64,000 bases of DNA, from the NCBI GenBank assembly GCA_963693365.1, contig CAVNZM010000016.1, positions 4,707,149 through 4,771,148 of the forward strand, in the 5' to 3' direction. Every line of letters begins with the position of its first letter. Position 1 is the first letter of the stretch. Shown one piece after another: positions 1-33,845 of the stretch. The notes beneath the pieces were generated by a model. It had not been told where the DNA came from. It did no database searches and saw nothing but the letters and a program-made list of their open reading frames with translations. The translations under genes were made by a program, and so were the position numbers. The DNA is from Amoebidium appalachense. Taxonomy: Eukaryota; Protista; Ichthyosporea.

Positions 1-36
<36 letters not shown>

Positions 37-555
37 AAGCGTGCGCGCGCATGCATGTGCATGCGTGTTATCGGGCGCCACGGGGGGAGGGGGGGGGGGG
101 GGGGGGGGGGGGGAAGGAGGGAGGCCCGAGGGGCATGTCAGTCTTGTGTACACAGCATCCCCAGAGTATATCAAGCCCAAAGGTTCCTATATATTCCTGA
201 CGTCTCGTTGGGTATTGCAGATTTAGATAAAATGAACAGGTTATTTTCCTCAAATATCATTGAATTGGCCATGTCCTGAGTTTTCCGTATTTGGCTAACA
301 CAGAGTGTCCTTGTGCAAGATTAAAGGGGTTATAGAGACCTCAGCTCGCAGAGGGAGGGAGGGAGGGAGGGAGGGAGGGGCGAGGGAAAGGGAAAGGGAG
401 AGGGAGGCGAGAGTGGTGGTGAGTGTGGTGGTGGTGTTGGTTATGGGGGAGGGGGGGGTTGGGGGGGGGAATCAAGAAGGAGAGTTAGAGCATGCCCAAG
501 ACGGAGGGAAGGGAGGAAGGGAAGAAGGGAGGGATGGAGCAAGCAAACTACGGTG

Positions 556-590
<35 letters not shown>

Positions 591-741
591 AGGCATGGTA
601 ACAACAAAAGAAAAAAAAAAGGGGGGGGGGGGGGGGGGGAGGGGGGAGGGGGGGGGAGGAGAGGAGGGGGTAGGACAGGGAAAAAACTAGAAACACAAAG
701 ACGAGGAATTGCAGATTTCGACATAACGTAGAGGAGGTTCT

Positions 742-774
<33 letters not shown>

Positions 775-840
775 AGGACAGGAAAAAAAAACGAAACACA
801 AAACAAAAAGATGAGGGATTTCCGATTTCAACAAACATAC

Positions 841-21227
<20,387 letters not shown>

Positions 21228-23044
21228 AGTGGTGTGCTGCTTCTGCTCGTTCGCATACTCTCAAAAACCAAATGAACAAGTTCTATGATCCCTGTACACA
21301 ACAACGTTGAAGTGCAGGACAACATGCCCCATCGCCTGGCTTTTTCCTGAAAGTAAAGGATATCGACGACATACCTGGTTTGCCGCTGTTTCTCGTGTCG
21401 ATGGGACACAAAAAGGCTGTTAAACCACCTGTACCGAGGCAGTGCATATTGAGTTGATAAAATTTGAAAGCTTCCTGGTCATCCCCTATAGGGATGCTTG
21501 ATAAGCTAAGGTAAGGGCCGCACACATACATTTAAAACAGCAGCTACCATACCTGCTCAAGTATGTAAACACGGAGGTTATGGGTTGTCTTGTACAGACT
21601 AGCTGATGTGTGTGCATGTGCGATGTATGCAAGTGCAAGGGTGTGTGCCATGTGTTTCTGTGTTCTTGATCTATGTCTTTTTGCATTTGTGCGTCGTATT
21701 TGTAGTGGTATATGAGTGTGCTCGGTGTGCATGTGCTTGCTTGTTATGTGTGTGTGTGTGTGTGTGCATGTGCAAGTGTGTACAGGTTTATGTGCGCGCG
21801 TCTTGATCTATGCCTTTTTGCACTTGTGTGTCGGATCTATGCCTTTTTGCACTTGTGTGTCGTGTTTGTGGTGGGATATGAGGGTGCTCGGTGTGCATGT
21901 GCTTGCTCATTTGTGTATCCGTGTGTGCAAGTGTGTACAGGTCTATCTGCGCTCGAACACACGTGCACGTGTGTGCCCTTGAGCATGTACATATGTCAAT
22001 GAAGTGTTCCGTTACAAATGACGTGAGAGCGTGCGCCCACTGGCTTCATCATCTTCGTGCCCTTGAGACATCAAAACCTCCTTGCCTGTGCCACACCCAG
22101 GCACAACGTTGTGTATGCTATAGTTGATGTGGGGTGTAATGAGTGCACCTTCAGGCATGCGTTGAGCGAAAGCCTCCGCAAATTAGGAGTAGTGGCCGGA
22201 ATTAATAAAACAGCATAATCTCTCTAAACCAAACTTACCGAGGTTTCCTGCCGGAGACTCCGGTCTTAGATTAGCGTGAGTTGAAAGAAAGAAGCCATGA
22301 GTTGGGCTAACCAAACAAGCAGATGCTTTACTTTCTATACATACACAGAAACTAGCATCTTCCTCTTCTAGCTATGACTCTCCTACTTAGCCAAACAACG
22401 AAAAAACAGCTGCCCTCAGACAGCCTCACAAAGTTGCAACTTGCAAGTGACCGCCGTGCACTCCGCCGAGACACAGCTACAAAATGCGGGATTAAAGGTC
22501 GTTTAGGATGCATGATACTTATCCAATAGTTCACGACATAAAACATGCGATTGCTGGGCGCAGCGTATATGACAAGGGTCTTTTTAAACACACATATGTT
22601 ATTAGAGAATCCGGAGGGAAAAACCCTCGACATTTTCTTAATGGCTGGTCTACGAATGCCTTCGAGATAACCTGTTGAGATTTGACTTATATACATTTTT
22701 AGTTTTGCTCAAAGAGGGAAGTTGGACGAACCCTGCAACGTGCCGGAATTTATGTCTTGGGATGACCATGTCAGAATGGAACAGCCAATAGCTAAGAGCC
22801 AACAATATCCAAATTTCACCGTCTATTTTTGCCTGAAGGCCCTCAGCCACTGGCCAGGCCTCGTCAACGCACCATCGCGACTTTTGAGACCGCACAGCAT
22901 TTTTTGAGGACATAACTGCCAGCAAACTGTACGTTTATAGAAAAAAGATACCCGAGTTTTTTATTATTCCTTCTATTACACCACTGGTATAACCCAAAAG
23001 GTTAGTATTATTGCTCCGCACCATAGCATACAACAACTCGAAGA

Positions 23045-23145
23045 CCAGGGCGTCGCCCGGCGCGCCGCCCACGCGTTCGCGTTTGATTGGCTACACTCAG
23101 GAATGTGGACTCTGATTGGCTTAGCCGACACCGCCCCGCTAGCTA
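23045..23145 (-). promoter_or_regulatory. Candidate promoter upstream of the adenylyl cyclase gene (two CCAAT boxes ~30 bp apart, GC-rich boxes)
   Basis: GATTGGCT at ~23085 and ~23114, flanked by GGCGCGCCGCCC and CCGCCCCGC. Confidence 0.3.
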
Positions 23146-25246
23146 AAAAGCAAAATACCACAAGACCACAAATTTAGTGTCTCACCATAAAACGAAAGGA
23201 TATGTCACATCATATGAAAGGAAGTAGGGAGAAAGTAAAAGTGGAAAGAGTTGTCACAGGGAAGGAAGGCTTACAGCCTGGAGAGAGAAAGATTGCACAC
23301 CAGAAACCGAAAGACTGAGAATTATAGCTTGTTATGGGCATGTGGTTTCATCCCTCGACATTTTCTATGGGTGGGTGGACTGTGTGTGTCTGTGTCTTGT
23401 GTGTGCGTGTGTGGGTGCATGTGTGCGTGCGTGTGTGGGTGTGTGGGTGTGGGTGTGGGTGTCTGCATGCGTGCGTGTGTCTGTCTGTGTGATTGTCTGT
23501 GTGTGTGTGCGTGTGGTGTGGACGGGAAGGTGTGGTGTGCGTGAGGGTGTGGGTGTTGTGCGTGAGCGTGGATGAGTGGGTGGGTGGGTGTGGGGTGTGT
23601 GTGTGTGGTTGGGCGGAAGGGCTGTGTGTGGGTGAGCGGGTGGGTAAGGGGATGAAAGCACGAACGTTATATCGATCCTTGTCTCTTTTCAGTCTTTTGG
23701 AGACCTATCATCTTCAAAGACATCCCTTCTTTTAGCGGGGTGGTTGCAAAACGAACCACAGGGAGGGGGGAGGCGGACGTGACGGCTTAGAGCAGTAGGA
23801 GAGAGGGCGAACGGTGGTTAATGCTGTTATTCTAACAATCATTTCGGTTGTTCGGGTTAGGGAAAGATGACCAAGCAAGACGTGGGAGAGGAAGAAAAGG
23901 TGGGTTGTGGGGGGAGGGGGGGGGAGGGGGGGGCTGGCTGGTGTGTTGGCGGGCTCATCTGCTTTCACTTGTACTTGTGTATAGAACAGGCACTTGCATA
24001 CAAAAAAGCGTCGATCACCGTATGTTCTCGCAGCTTTTGGCGGAGTGGTAGGTACGCAAGCATTGTGAAAGCACACCTTCGGATCTGTGTGTGAAATCTG
24101 CAAGTTCGTGCAACACTGATACACTGAATAAAACAAATATACACGTTGAAAACTTCACGCCAAACTCTTTGGCAAAGTCGCAAAACAACGACAAATACTC
24201 CAAATGCGGCCAACCATGTACGTGGATACAACCACAGCCATACTGTCCCCCCTCCCCCCCCCCCCCCCCCCCCTCCTCCCTCCCGCCTCCCCCCTTCTCC
24301 CTGCCCCACATACGGCAACATCACCGTCGAATCGTAGCTGCCACACTCACCCCTCACAGCTTTTTACCCCCACAAGACCACTCAAACCCAAACGCACATT
24401 ATTTATTTCAAGAGTTTATTAGGATGCTGCAGCGATGTCAGATGCTTAGACCATTATGAGCACACCACCACCCACTGGGACAGGTTAGGGTACTGATCCA
24501 GCAATTTCGCTGGTGCTTTTGGCCGCACGGAAAGGATTTGTTCTTGGCCTTTCAATGTTGTGCTTCTTTGACCAATGCTCGCCACTGGCCTATAAACACA
24601 GCCCCCCTCCCCCCCTCCTCCCCCTCCTCCCCACGGTCCAATTTTTACTCTCTTCTTTCCCCTACTCTTACTTGACGTGATCGAGATAACACGTGGACCG
24701 ACGGGACTCTGGCTCCCCCCCCCCCCCCCCCCCCCCCCTTTTTTTTTTTCCGAAGACAAACTCGAGGCGGCAACCCACACACCAGTAGTACAGCCGCCTG
24801 CCTCGCTATCTTCTGGATCTTGCCTGATAATCACAGTTCACGGAAATTTTGGCTAGCAAAGTCTCTAGCAAAGGCAGCGTTTCAATGGATTTGGGGAAGC
24901 CGGGGGGGGGGGGGGGGGTGAGAGAGCTTCACAGTATATCCAACGAGATAGACCCAAAGCGAACTTTAGATATCTTGTTGAGTTCTCTTTATGATTTTCA
25001 CACAGTGTTCAGGTATCTCAGTATGCACTTGCTATTGGATAACTCGTGAAGTTGTTTTTTATTGCCTCCGAAGTATGCCGTGCATACTTACATATCTCTC
25101 CGTTGAATAAATCCAGTCAAAAGAAAACTTTTTTCTACCGCAGGACTGCTAGAAGCTGCATGTCATGATCACGTATGAGCTTGAATAGGGGGTCAACAAT
25201 TGCTCAAGTGTTTGCCGGGGAAGAGTAAAGTGTATGAAAGATTTTT

Positions 25247-25896
25247 TTTTTTATAATGGATTTTATTTCGATCGGGGCATCAGACAGGGCTAAGAATGGA
25301 TATATAGTACAGTTGCCATAGACACGACGAGATAGTCGCTGAGATAGCTTCACCGGATATCCAACGAGATATACCAAAAACGAGAATTCTACAGTAAGAC
25401 TGCTAAAAGCTGCACGTATGAGCTCAACTACGGGGGTCAACAATTGCTAAGTTATTATCCATGCAAGATATAATACATTCTGATATTCAACAAATACTAT
25501 CTAGTAGTGATATTGGGGTAGTGGGTTTAAATGGGAAAGAATATGCAAAGGTCATGGTACGGTATCCATAATTTCATGATATATCCGGACAAGCATATGT
25601 AACAGTGTACTAATGCAAATTCATTTGAGCTTATGGAATCCAGGCCGATGCATAAATTAAATCTAGAACAGCTTGAAGTGGTCTAAATTTTCTACAATTT
25701 AGCAATTGTTGACCCCCGTAGTTGAGCTCATACATGCAGCTTTTACTAGCCTTACGGTAGAATTCTCGTTTTTGGTATATCTCGCTGGATATCCGTGAAG
25801 CTATCTCAGTGACTATCTCGTTGTGCCTAAGGCAACTGTACTATATATCCATTCTTAGTCGGGAAGCCCCGATCGAAACAAGATCCATTATAAAAA
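25247..25896. mobile_element. Foldback/MITE-like element with ~200-bp imperfect inverted arms and ~240-bp AT-rich spacer
   Basis: 25247-25455 is the reverse complement of ~25695-25896 (e.g. GAGCTCAACTACGGGGGTCAACAATTGCTAA vs TTAGCAATTGTTGACCCCCGTAGTTGAGCTC). A degenerate partial arm lies at ~24920-25207. Confidence 0.8.
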
Positions 25897-26413
25897 TGAA
25901 AATGAAATACTGTGTTAAAAATAGAAATCCACTCAACCAGGACGGTGACCCTATTGTTTATTTCGCAGTTGCTTGAAATACAAAAACCACACGGTGCTAA
26001 TATTAATGTTTGCAATCTGCTTTACTTCATGATCACGTGTACCCAACTTGAGCAATCTTAAACGACTCTGAAATGAAGCTTACGAACGGGCGGGTACTCA
26101 TGAACGACTCGTCAGCAAATGAAAAAAAGGTTTATGTACTGACCTAGCAACCTCACACCAAAGCATGGTTTGTTCTTTAACAGCTTTGAAAAAGGCTGTA
26201 TGTGTGCGTAGGTGTGTGTGGAAGTCTCGGAGAGTGTGAACGTGTGCACATGTGCGTGTGTGGTTTCTCTGTGTGTGCATGGGGGGAGGGGGGGGGGGGG
26301 GGGGAGGGGGGAGGGGGGGGGGGGGGGGGGGGGGGGAGGGGGGGGGAGGGGGGGGGGGGGGGGGAGGGGCTCGATCCCGCCCCAGTGTGCGTGTGCATGT
26401 ATATAATCATGAT

Positions 26414-26497
<84 letters not shown>

Positions 26498-26512
26498 TGT
26501 GTTTGTGTGTGT

Positions 26513-26549
<37 letters not shown>

Positions 26550-27381
26550 ACGTGTGTGTGGCGTGTGTGAGCATGTGTGTGTGTGTGCGTGCGTGCGTGT
26601 GTGTGGTGTGTTTGTGTGTGTCATGTGTGTGTGTGTGCGTGTGTGTGTGTGTGTGTGCACGTGTGTGTGGCGTGTGTGAGCATGTGTGTGTGTGTGTGTG
26701 TGCGTGCGTGTGTGTGCGTGCGTGTGTGTGTGTGTGTGTGTCTGCGCAGGGCACTCTTGAGCATGTACGTGCTTTGCAGAGGGATGCAAGTGTATGTGTG
26801 AGGGTGCCGTTGTATCTGTGCACTGAAGATGTTTTGTGATTTATCTGCAAACATTCACTTGTCTACTTCGTAATGGTGCTCAACCCAAATATACGTCCTT
26901 TGCTATGACACGTGCACACTTCACAGCTTATTGACCAAGAAAGGCTACACACTGAATGTTTCCATTGGTACAGCCTTTTCAGTTGCACCCAGAGCCAGGA
27001 ATGAAAATTTTCCTTTCCGATCCATCACCATCTCCTCCAGCTCTTGGCCCGCTCGCTCCAATTCTTCGGTCTCTCATGCTAATATTTCCAGGTCTGAAAT
27101 TTCAGGGGTGTCCAACAACTCATGATTAGGGATGCCCATATGCTCACTGCTGACCGGTGGAACAACATTCAATGAACCCCCCCTTGGCTCAGTTTGCAGG
27201 TATGAGTTTTCCGGAGATTCTCCAACTTGACCTTTGTCCTTTTTGCTTCTTTTTGAGTCTCTGTCAATCACTGCGAATGCATTCGTTTCGAGTGTCAGTT
27301 TTTGATTTTTTTGAAGGTTCCCTCCCCAATCCTCCCCCCCCCCTTTCCCCCGTGCACGGGAGGAGGGGTTTTTACCAAAAC

Positions 27382-27412
<31 letters not shown>

Positions 27413-28078
27413 GCTTGAAATCTTACCATCTCCACGAAATAGTAGTAGGTGGCACCCGACCGTCGAAAGATTCAGCATTTCATATCCAACAATAAAGCCA
27501 TATTCCTACTTTTTCGCTGTTTAATAAAAACCATTTTTTCGCGCCAAAACTTGGTATGTCTACATATGCTGGAGTGCCCACGCAAGTTTTTGTGGTAGGC
27601 CATGGTGGCACTGAAAATTCTGTGATGTCTCTGGCCCAGAGGGTATATCTAAATATGTATATCACTTCATGTACATCCAAATATACCAGTTTTGTATCTT
27701 TTTTTTTTTTTTTTTTCGAATGCCGTTTGTTCCTTATTGATAAGCAACGTTGTGGCGGCTGAAAAGGCTTTCGGGGGTGTTGTGTGTGTGTTTGTGTGTG
27801 TGTGAGTTACAGGATGTATGTGTGCACGTACTGAGCCTCGTGTGTGTGTGATGATATGATGATACCGTGTGTGTGCGTGCAGGCTTTGTGTGAGTGGGTG
27901 TTTGCCTGTGTGCATATGCGTGCATACGTACTCCTGTGTGTGTGTTTGTGTGCTTGTGTGTGCTTGTGTGCATGTGTGTGTGTGTGCATTTGTGCGTGCG
28001 TGCATGCGTGTATGCGTGCGTGTGTGTACGTGCGTGCGCGCGCGTGTGTATATGTATGTGTGTGTGTGTGTGTGTTAC

Positions 28079-29392
28079 CTGCCCGGCTGAACATGTTTCC
28101 AACTCCTGTTACATATATGTTTCCATCAGACCCGCTCCCCAAGTGCGAATCTCCATTGATCGGTTGAATCCTCGACCCGGCCCCATTAATTGCAGACATG
28201 TGTTTGGATAACTGCTTTGAAATTTGGTTTTTCGCTTGGCCCATGTGCAATCGCAATTTGGGCACCAACATAAAGCAGACGGCGACGGTGATGCCAAGAA
28301 GGAGGGAGACAGACACGAGGGAGTACCAGGCGGTGGCGCTGTCGACTGAAGCCACCATTGGACCGATGCACACACACAGCAGGCCTGGGGGGTGGCGAGG
28401 GGGGGGTTTGGGGGAGGGGGGGGGGGGGGGGGGACGGAGGGGAAGGGGCGGGGGGAGGGGGGAGGGGGGGGTGGGGGGAGGGGGGTGGGGGGGGGGGGAA
28501 GGGGAGGGGGGAGGGGGAGGGGGTAAAACAAGAAGAGTTGGAAATGAGGATTTATGGCGATGATCTGTCGAATATATGAGCTGACTGTCCGAAGCTGGCA
28601 AGCGTGCCGCGACGAAATGGTAATTGATATTCTAATATATGATATATATGATAGTATGTATGTGTATGTTGTCCGATCACCTTTTCTTTCTTTCTCTTTT
28701 TTTTTTCTTTTCTTTTTTTTTCCTTTTTTTTTTTTTTTGGCCTTTTTTTTTTTGGCTGTAATTTCCGTTCCCCAAAACCAGAAGGGCCGGGGGGGAGGGG
28801 AGGGGAGAGGGGGAGGGGAGGGAAGGAAAAGGGGTAGTTGGGGGGAAGGGGGGGGGGGGGAAGAGCTACCGGTCAAGTAAACGACAACGGCAATGACCTT
28901 GGCCTCCTGATACAGGTCGGGCACTTTGCAGATTTGAATTGAAATGGCGCAGGCACCAAACACCAGCAACACGTTAAATATAGCAACGCCCAAAAAGGCA
29001 GGTGATGTAATGGACACCTGAGCCGCAAGGGTGGGGATGGGATAAGAGCGGGTGTAGCCCTCCAGAGACCTGCACGGGGGGGCCGGCGGGGGGGGGGGGG
29101 GGGGGAGGGGGGGGGAAAAGGGGCCGGGCAGGGAGGGAGGGGGGAGGGAGAGGGGTTGGGGGTTGGGGGGGGGGGGGGGAGGAGGATATGCCACATTAGG
29201 GGATGGCAACCATGGAAGCAAATGCATTGATAAACCGCAGGAAGAAAACACAACAGTCGAAATCAAAAAAACGGTGCATGCAGAATATCCTGATGTTACT
29301 TGTAGCATGCCTTGTGCAGAGCCCGTCAGGGGGGTTTCCTCATAGCTCCCACAAAAGAACGGGTTTCAGCGTCTCCTTTTTTTTTTTTTTTT

Positions 29393-29446
<54 letters not shown>

Positions 29447-30520
29447 GGGCGATGGAGAGGATTGGGAGGGGGGGGGGAGGGGTTGTTGTTGTGAAAATTC
29501 CAACCACTAACTAGGACAAAAAGCAATTGCTGTCAACTTCTGTAACATGGTCCCTCTTCCCTCCCCCCTCCCTTCTCTTCCCCTCCAGAGTCGGCTCTCA
29601 GTCTCGTTGCCTTCTTTCCCCTCCACCCCTTCCCCCCCAACTAGTTCCGGCACCTTTTACCTTGCTCCTCCCCCCTTCCTGTCTTTCTCATTTCGCTGCC
29701 CCGGTACGTAACAGGTGTGTAAGTGTGTACTGGTGATAGGGGAAGTGATGAATGGGGGAGAGGGGTGAGGCGGGGGGGTGGGGCGGAGGAATCGAGGAAA
29801 GGGGGAAGGGAGGGGGGGGGAAGGGGGGAGGGGGGAGGGGGGGGGAATCTCACGTAACAGTAAAGGAAACCTCCCGGGTGGTGTGGAAGGGCCCATCTGT
29901 GGCTCCAACAGCCAATAGGAGAGCGAGCTCGATTACCATACATAGGAATACCGGTATGAGGAGGACCCAGTCGGTGATTTTCATAGACTGGACCCGACGG
30001 GGGGCAAAGCAGATGTAGATGCGGGCAACTTCGCCAGAAGAGACGAGAAGGCAAGGCCAATGCCCATAAATAGAAATCCCAATCCGATTGGAAGGCGCAG
30101 GCCCAGTGGGGGACCTGCCAAAAGAGGAAGCGAAAGAGAGATAAAATGGCGCCCAATAGGAAGAGGCAGAGGAAGAGGGGCGAGTCGTTTTTGAGCAATT
30201 TGTAGGTATGGTGCCTCCACGCCAACACACCAAATACGACACATGCAAGTATTCCTAATATGGAAAACACGGTGATGGCAATGACCAATGGCGTGAAAGA
30301 TCCCGGGTACGAACACCCCATCTCGATCGGGTCAGGGAGCTCGCCGTGGTCATCCCTGCATACCGGGTTGTCTAGGGTGATAATTTCAGGGACTATCCAC
30401 GAAGATTGGACATTTATCATGCCGGTTTTCTCGCTGCATGGGCCATGGGTGTAATGCAGGTGCCGGTCGAAGGTGCATTTGGGGGTCATCACGTGATCCA
30501 TCAGTCAGCACACGTGCGCC
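28079..30520 (-). CDS. Class C (metabotropic glutamate/GABA-B-like, 7tm_3) GPCR; several apparent single-base frameshifts; 5' and 3' ends uncertain
   Basis: Cys-rich juxtamembrane segment (C..YTHGPC..W..C..LPDP..C), TM1-2 with [16 protein letters not shown]3 [14 protein letters not shown] (split over frames), ICL3 [17 protein letters not shown] resembling the class C PxxFNEAK motif, TM7 ending FMLVPK. Exons ~29870-30520, ~28871-29069, ~28079-28385. Possible upstream exons at ~31395-31526 and ~32212-32403. Confidence 0.75.
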
Positions 30521-30778
30521 GCTGCCTGTGTGGGGTTTTTTTTTTTTTTTTTTTTTTTTTGTCTGGTCAGCGTCAGGTGTCCCTACGACAGGAGGGGCTG
30601 GCCTGTGCCCCCAGGGGAGGGGGGGAGGGGAGGGGGTGGTGTTGTGGAGCAACGATATGGGAGGTAAAGTTGACATCCGATAGGATTATGTAGTGAAGAA
30701 CGGGTGGTTGAATGATTTGAATGATAATGATGCAGTGTGTCCAAAGTACAAAAGAAAAAAGAAGGAGGGAAAAGGGGT

Positions 30779-30809
<31 letters not shown>

Positions 30810-32742
30810 GGGGAGGGGGGGGAGACCAATGCAGGCACAGGCCAAGAAGCCAGCCATGAGGGTAGTGCACGAGAGAAGGGGAGGGACTTCTTTTCGTCTC
30901 CTTTTGATTCTTTTTTTTCTTTTTCCTTTCTTTTTTTTATGTGGGGGGGGGGGGGGGGGGGGGGAGAAGGGAGCTCTGAGGAGGGGTGTTCTGTAGAAAA
31001 GAGGATACAGTGTCCGGCATATATTGTATGTGCGGGATGAAGTAACCAATTGTTATTGTCAAATCATCTGGCAATCATTCAAGGTAATGCATCAAATGCA
31101 CTTAACAAAAAACTGGGTGTGTGTGTGTGTAGGGGGGGGGGGGGGGGGGGGGGGTCGGGGTCGAAGAGCGCATATCAAGAGTACGCATCATAAGCAGAGC
31201 CCATTTTCGAACGGTTGGAGGGGACTGGGGAGGGGGGTGGGGGGTGGAGGGAGGGAGAGGGGGGGGGGGGGGGGGGGGAGAGAGAAGATGCATCATAAGC
31301 AGATCCGACTTTCGGTGGGTTGGGGGGTGGGGGGGGGGGGGGGGGGGGGGCAGCGAGGTTGGAGGGAGGGGTGGGGGGGGGAAGGGGGGGTTGCCTCGTA
31401 GGCGGTTGCATTTTTCTTGATCACAGCCCACAGCAAGTGCCTCAAGAACCCTGCCTGCTTGATTTCACTCGGGTAGGAAGGGGGTCCCATGGCGCAGTCG
31501 GGAACAATCCCGTAACCGTACGGTCTCTGTGGATTGGTCGAATGTCATGTGAATGAACTTAACAAGGAACCAATCAGCTTCTAACATTAAAACACAGCCA
31601 GTGTGCTGAGATAGAAGAGCCATTTGGCACGACAAGTAGCTGTGACATATGGCCTGGTCAAGGGATTTTAAACCATTTAAATTCGATTCAAGTTTAGATT
31701 TAGACCTAATGTTATGTGGGAGATGGGGCTGTGATTTTGTCGTATTACTAAAAAGGAGAAACATAACATGGTGGAGAAAGTTTGGTTTTGGTGTCATGTG
31801 ATAACTACGGTACGTGCATGTGTAGGCGACAGGCATGTTGCGTGAGTTTGTGTGTCCCACAAAACAGAGCGAAAGGGAGACGGAGGGCGTGTGTGCGTGT
31901 TTGTGGTGTGTGTGTGTGCATTCGTGATTGTGTGGGCAAGCAAGTATGTTTGTGTGCCCTCGTGCGTTGTGTGTGTGTGTGTGGGTGTGTGTGTGTGCAG
32001 GCGCGTTTGCAGGCAAAGCGTTGGGAAGGCGGGGGGGGGGGGGGGGGGGGGGGGGGGGAGGGGGGGGGGGGGGAGGGGCCCCAGGAGCAAGTCTAAATCG
32101 AAGGGGGGGGGGGGGGGGGGATGGTTGCTGTAATGAGTGTCACACAGCAGTGCTTCGGCTTCATGGACTTTTTATTTCGGAGTCTGTTCTACGACTGATA
32201 ACCTACTTGACCTGTTTTGCATAGTACCCATATCTACCATTTTAGCGCCTGGGCGACGAGCCACTATGGTGACGTCTTTCTGGGCCTCTTTTTCATGCAG
32301 CCGTTTAGGTGCCCAGAAAATGGCGCGAAAATAGCCGGGGTTAGGGCAGGCTTTGTTCGATGTCCACATAAGCCACTCTCGGTATTTGACACAGCCAAGC
32401 CAGCTGAGAAATGTGGCTCTCGGCTGCTTGCTGCCCAGATGCTAAAACGGTAGATACGCAGGTTGGTTTAAGCCTTAAGGAGGTACCTAAGGGGGACCAC
32501 ACGACACCCAACTCCCCCCGCCTTTGGGGGGGGGGGGGGGGGGGGGGGGGGGTGAATTTACGGCACGTTGAAAATATTTTTCACCTCAGTAACGCTGTGA
32601 GCTGTTGAGTTAACACCTCGAGACTTTATCAGGTGCTGTATATTGCCCTTGCAGGTGCCCATGCCAAAAATAGCAGCTGCATGCCACCACCGGTATAAGA
32701 GACTTGGCAGATTGGCTATGTGAACAGTGAACATGTTGATGC

Positions 32743-32922
32743 GGAACTAATATCTACTAGCTAATTCTGCGCGGCAACGGGGAACCAAGATCTACTTAGC
32801 TAATTCTGCACGGCGATAGGGAACTAATATCTACTAGCTAATTCTGCTCGCCCATAGGTAACTTACATCTACTAGCTATTTCTGCACGGCAACGGGGAAC
32901 TAGTATCTACTAGCTAATTCTG
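32743..32922 (+). repeat. Minisatellite, ~4.7 copies of a ~38-bp unit (core ATCTACTAGCTAATTCTGC)
   Basis: Five cores at regular spacing with related linkers. Confidence 0.85.
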
Positions 32923-33548
32923 GCACATCCTTTGACGCTTTAAAGGCCGCAGAGCACGTGCAAACATGGTATTTCCAATTATGTACTTATCAACCCCAGA
33001 GATTAAAACTAACTACGTGGTTTCATTGGCTGGTAACCAAGTAATAACGTTGCCGTTTAACAACAAGAAGGATTTCTTTTTAAACCCACCTTTAAAAATG
33101 TGCAAAGCGCACACACACATGGACGTAAAACTTTAGCCTGCATTGCCTAACTTAGTGACTTTCTAAAGCCACCGACAATACAGATTTCTCATTAAAACAT
33201 TATTGAACCGTTGGATACTCAGAACGAGGGTGTCTACTTAGTCTAAACAGGTGACATAACCTATAGATAAAACTATAACAGTCGGACACAATCTAAAAGC
33301 AGACAGTTTTTGGATCTGCTATCAAGTCACTAGGCCCACGGTGCCATGTCGGATGGAATGATTTTCTACGCCAAAATTCCATGCAATCCCTCCATGCCGC
33401 ATGCCGCATATTAAAAATTCACGAGCTCCTCACCCATATATTCCCCCTCCCTTCCCCCCCCCCCCCCCCCCCTCCCGGCCCTCCCCCATCCCCGCTCTAA
33501 CCACCACCAACACGTGGCCCCAAGCCTTTTTCGTCCTTGGAGCATAAC

Positions 33549-33811
33549 TCAGTCACATGCTGCCGTGACAGGCTGTGGGGAAAGAATGGGAAAAGAATGA
33601 CGGTCAGTTACAGACCAGATACCAACGGAGACAAACGGAGAAACGGTGAGTGCATGTGTGTGGCGTATGAACAGGCATCTTGGTTAGTGCTAATAACAGT
33701 AACACTATGGATACTACTTTTCAAGGTTTCAGTTAAGCTAGTCGAAACCTTGTTTATCACATATGCATACATGCACACATGCACACACACACACGCGCGC
33801 GCGCGAGCGCG

Positions 33812-33845
<34 letters not shown>

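Noticed and set aside
22150-24900. Additional gene between the cyclase and the GPCR
   Set aside because: Only short ORFs without recognisable motifs or a consistent exon chain. May be UTR or promoter sequence.
26945-27300. Possible stop-codon readthrough or selenocysteine (EILA-TGA-ETEELERAG) downstream of the GPCR
   Set aside because: Exon status is unproven, no homology is recognisable, and the local assembly is error-prone.
29990-30150. Programmed frameshifting or RNA editing in the GPCR
   Set aside because: Missing bases are compatible with homopolymer shortening and similar defects occur elsewhere (~40915, 48144-48460). Sequencing error is more parsimonious.
32743-32922. CRISPR-like regularly spaced repeat
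   Set aside because: Linkers are short and related to each other, there are no cas genes, and the context is eukaryotic. It is a minisatellite.
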